DNA of 64,000 nt from Eledone cirrhosa. Taxonomy: Eukaryota. Numbering within the stretch: position 1 is the stretch's first letter; each line of letters begins with the position of its first letter. Positions 62,736-64,000 of this stretch are shown in pieces. Below the pieces are notes generated by a model. It was not told the DNA's origin. It saw only the letters and a program-made list of their open reading frames with translations, and made no database searches. The translations under genes and the position numbers were made by a program. Where the stretch lies: contig OZ024746.1 of NCBI GenBank assembly GCA_964016885.1, positions 77,190,001-77,254,000 of the forward strand, in the 5' to 3' direction.

Positions 62736-63864
62736 AATGTCTTCACTCAACGAGCATCACTTCTTCATTCATCACATATCCCTACCATTTCTCAACATAG
62801 AAATAAAAGGCCTCTGTTGATGTTTTCCAATAAGAATTGGAACATTTTTCTTGACCCCCTCCTTCTTTCGCTATCCCTTCCTTCCCAACTTCATATTCTC
62901 TCATGATTATTGTTTTTGTCATATTTCTGCAATGATAATTAAGTTAGGAATTCCATCATCTCCTAATTGATTTTCTCTAATTTAATACAGCAATGTCAGG
63001 TGCTAGAGAAAAAAAAAAAAAGAGATGCTTGATTAAAAATTATCTTCTTTCTTTCTCTTTCAAATTTGATTCTTAATAACTGGAGAATATTTAGTAGCAA
63101 TTTTTATCCTCATCCTCATCCCACTCCCTCCTCACCCCCTACTCCCTCCTTATCCTCATCCCCCTCCTACCCCCTAATTACCCTCATACCCCCTCCACCC
63201 CCCCAATCCCCATCCATTCTCATCCCTTCTCCAGTGCTGTTAGTTGCTCACGACACTTTACTGGCTGGAGATTGCAGTCGGTGGTGAAGAAACAAGACTT
63301 ACTTTCTATAGAGTATAAGTATGTATATGTAACAGCCGTACTAAGAGTGGGAAATGAAATTTCGTTTCATTTTTTCCGTTTCTATAGAGTGTTAGTTGGA
63401 AAGTATAAAGTGACTCTGGGCACCAAGGACAGTCAGAGCAGATGTTTCTGGAGGACTTCCATGTTGGGATTTTCAACAATTTCTTCAAATCCCAAAATCA
63501 ATAAATAAAGCACCAGTAATGCACTGGGGTCGATTTAATCAACTTTCACTTCTCCTTCAAATTGCCTTGCGCCTAAAGTAGACACAATTATTATGATTAT
63601 TTATTACAATGGTTATTATTATACCTACAGTTTCTCCCTTGTTAATGCCTCCTTCCCTTTACTTGATGTAAACTCCACACTGTTGTTTTTCATCCTTGTA
63701 TTAGCCCCACGGTTTTGTGCTTTTTGGTACTTGTTCCAGCTCTTTATCTTCAGAGTTCAAAACCTGTGAAGGTCAACATTCAGGGGCTGATAAAATAAAG
63801 TATTAGTCAAGCACTCTGATTACTCTCCACAATTTCTGATCTTGTATTTGTTCCTATCCCAGCA

Positions 63865-64000
63865 TTTTATTATGGTACTAGCACTAGCACTTTACAGAGT
63901 GTACTGGATGTGTTTTATTATGGTACTAGCACTAGCACTTTACAGAGTGTACTAGATGTGTTTTATTATTGTACTAGCACTAGCACTTTACAGAGTGTAC
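63865..64000. repeat. SINE-derived tandem repeat of about 48 bp, continuing past the window end
   Basis: TTTTATTATGGTACTAGCACTAGCACTTTACAGAGTGTACT, three copies. Confidence 0.85.

Noticed and set aside
57987-62800. 874, 1523 and 700 aa ORFs as a giant repetitive membrane protein
   Set aside because: A stop-free 60-bp unit opens two frames by arithmetic. A 2-bp deletion swaps frames mid-array, the array is intronic and LINE-derived, and no splice or coding signal supports it.

Overview
AT-rich, repeat-dense animal genomic DNA. The SINE/RTE/microsatellite landscape suggests a mollusc, most likely an octopus or other coleoid cephalopod (inference, not verified). I found one host gene: the nonsense-mediated decay (NMD) factor SMG5 (EST1B) on the + strand. 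Reading splice sites by hand gives 17 coding exons from the ATG at 9766 to 57112 (2370 nt, 790 codons, all GT-AG and phase-consistent). The C-terminal part, including the PIN domain, lies beyond the window. The rest is intronic or intergenic mobile DNA: CRE, CR1, RTE and Penelope-like retroelement remnants, tRNA-derived SINEs, hAT, mariner and piggyBac-type (TTAA) MITEs, and mini/microsatellites. The 700-1523 aa ORFs at 58-62.7 kb are artefacts of a 60-bp minisatellite. Best candidates for follow-up: (1) several hammerhead-ribozyme-like cores in small elements inserted at (TA)n tracts, one downstream of a tRNA-like head; (2) a twin-priming (5'-inverted) RTE-clade insertion with a 12-bp TSD; (3) possible NMD-autoregulation features in SMG5 (an overlapping uORF, and fold-back structures around a frameshifting 55-nt exon); (4) a LINE-derived minisatellite with an 18-unit higher-order duplication. 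I cannot show a wholly new system from sequence alone.
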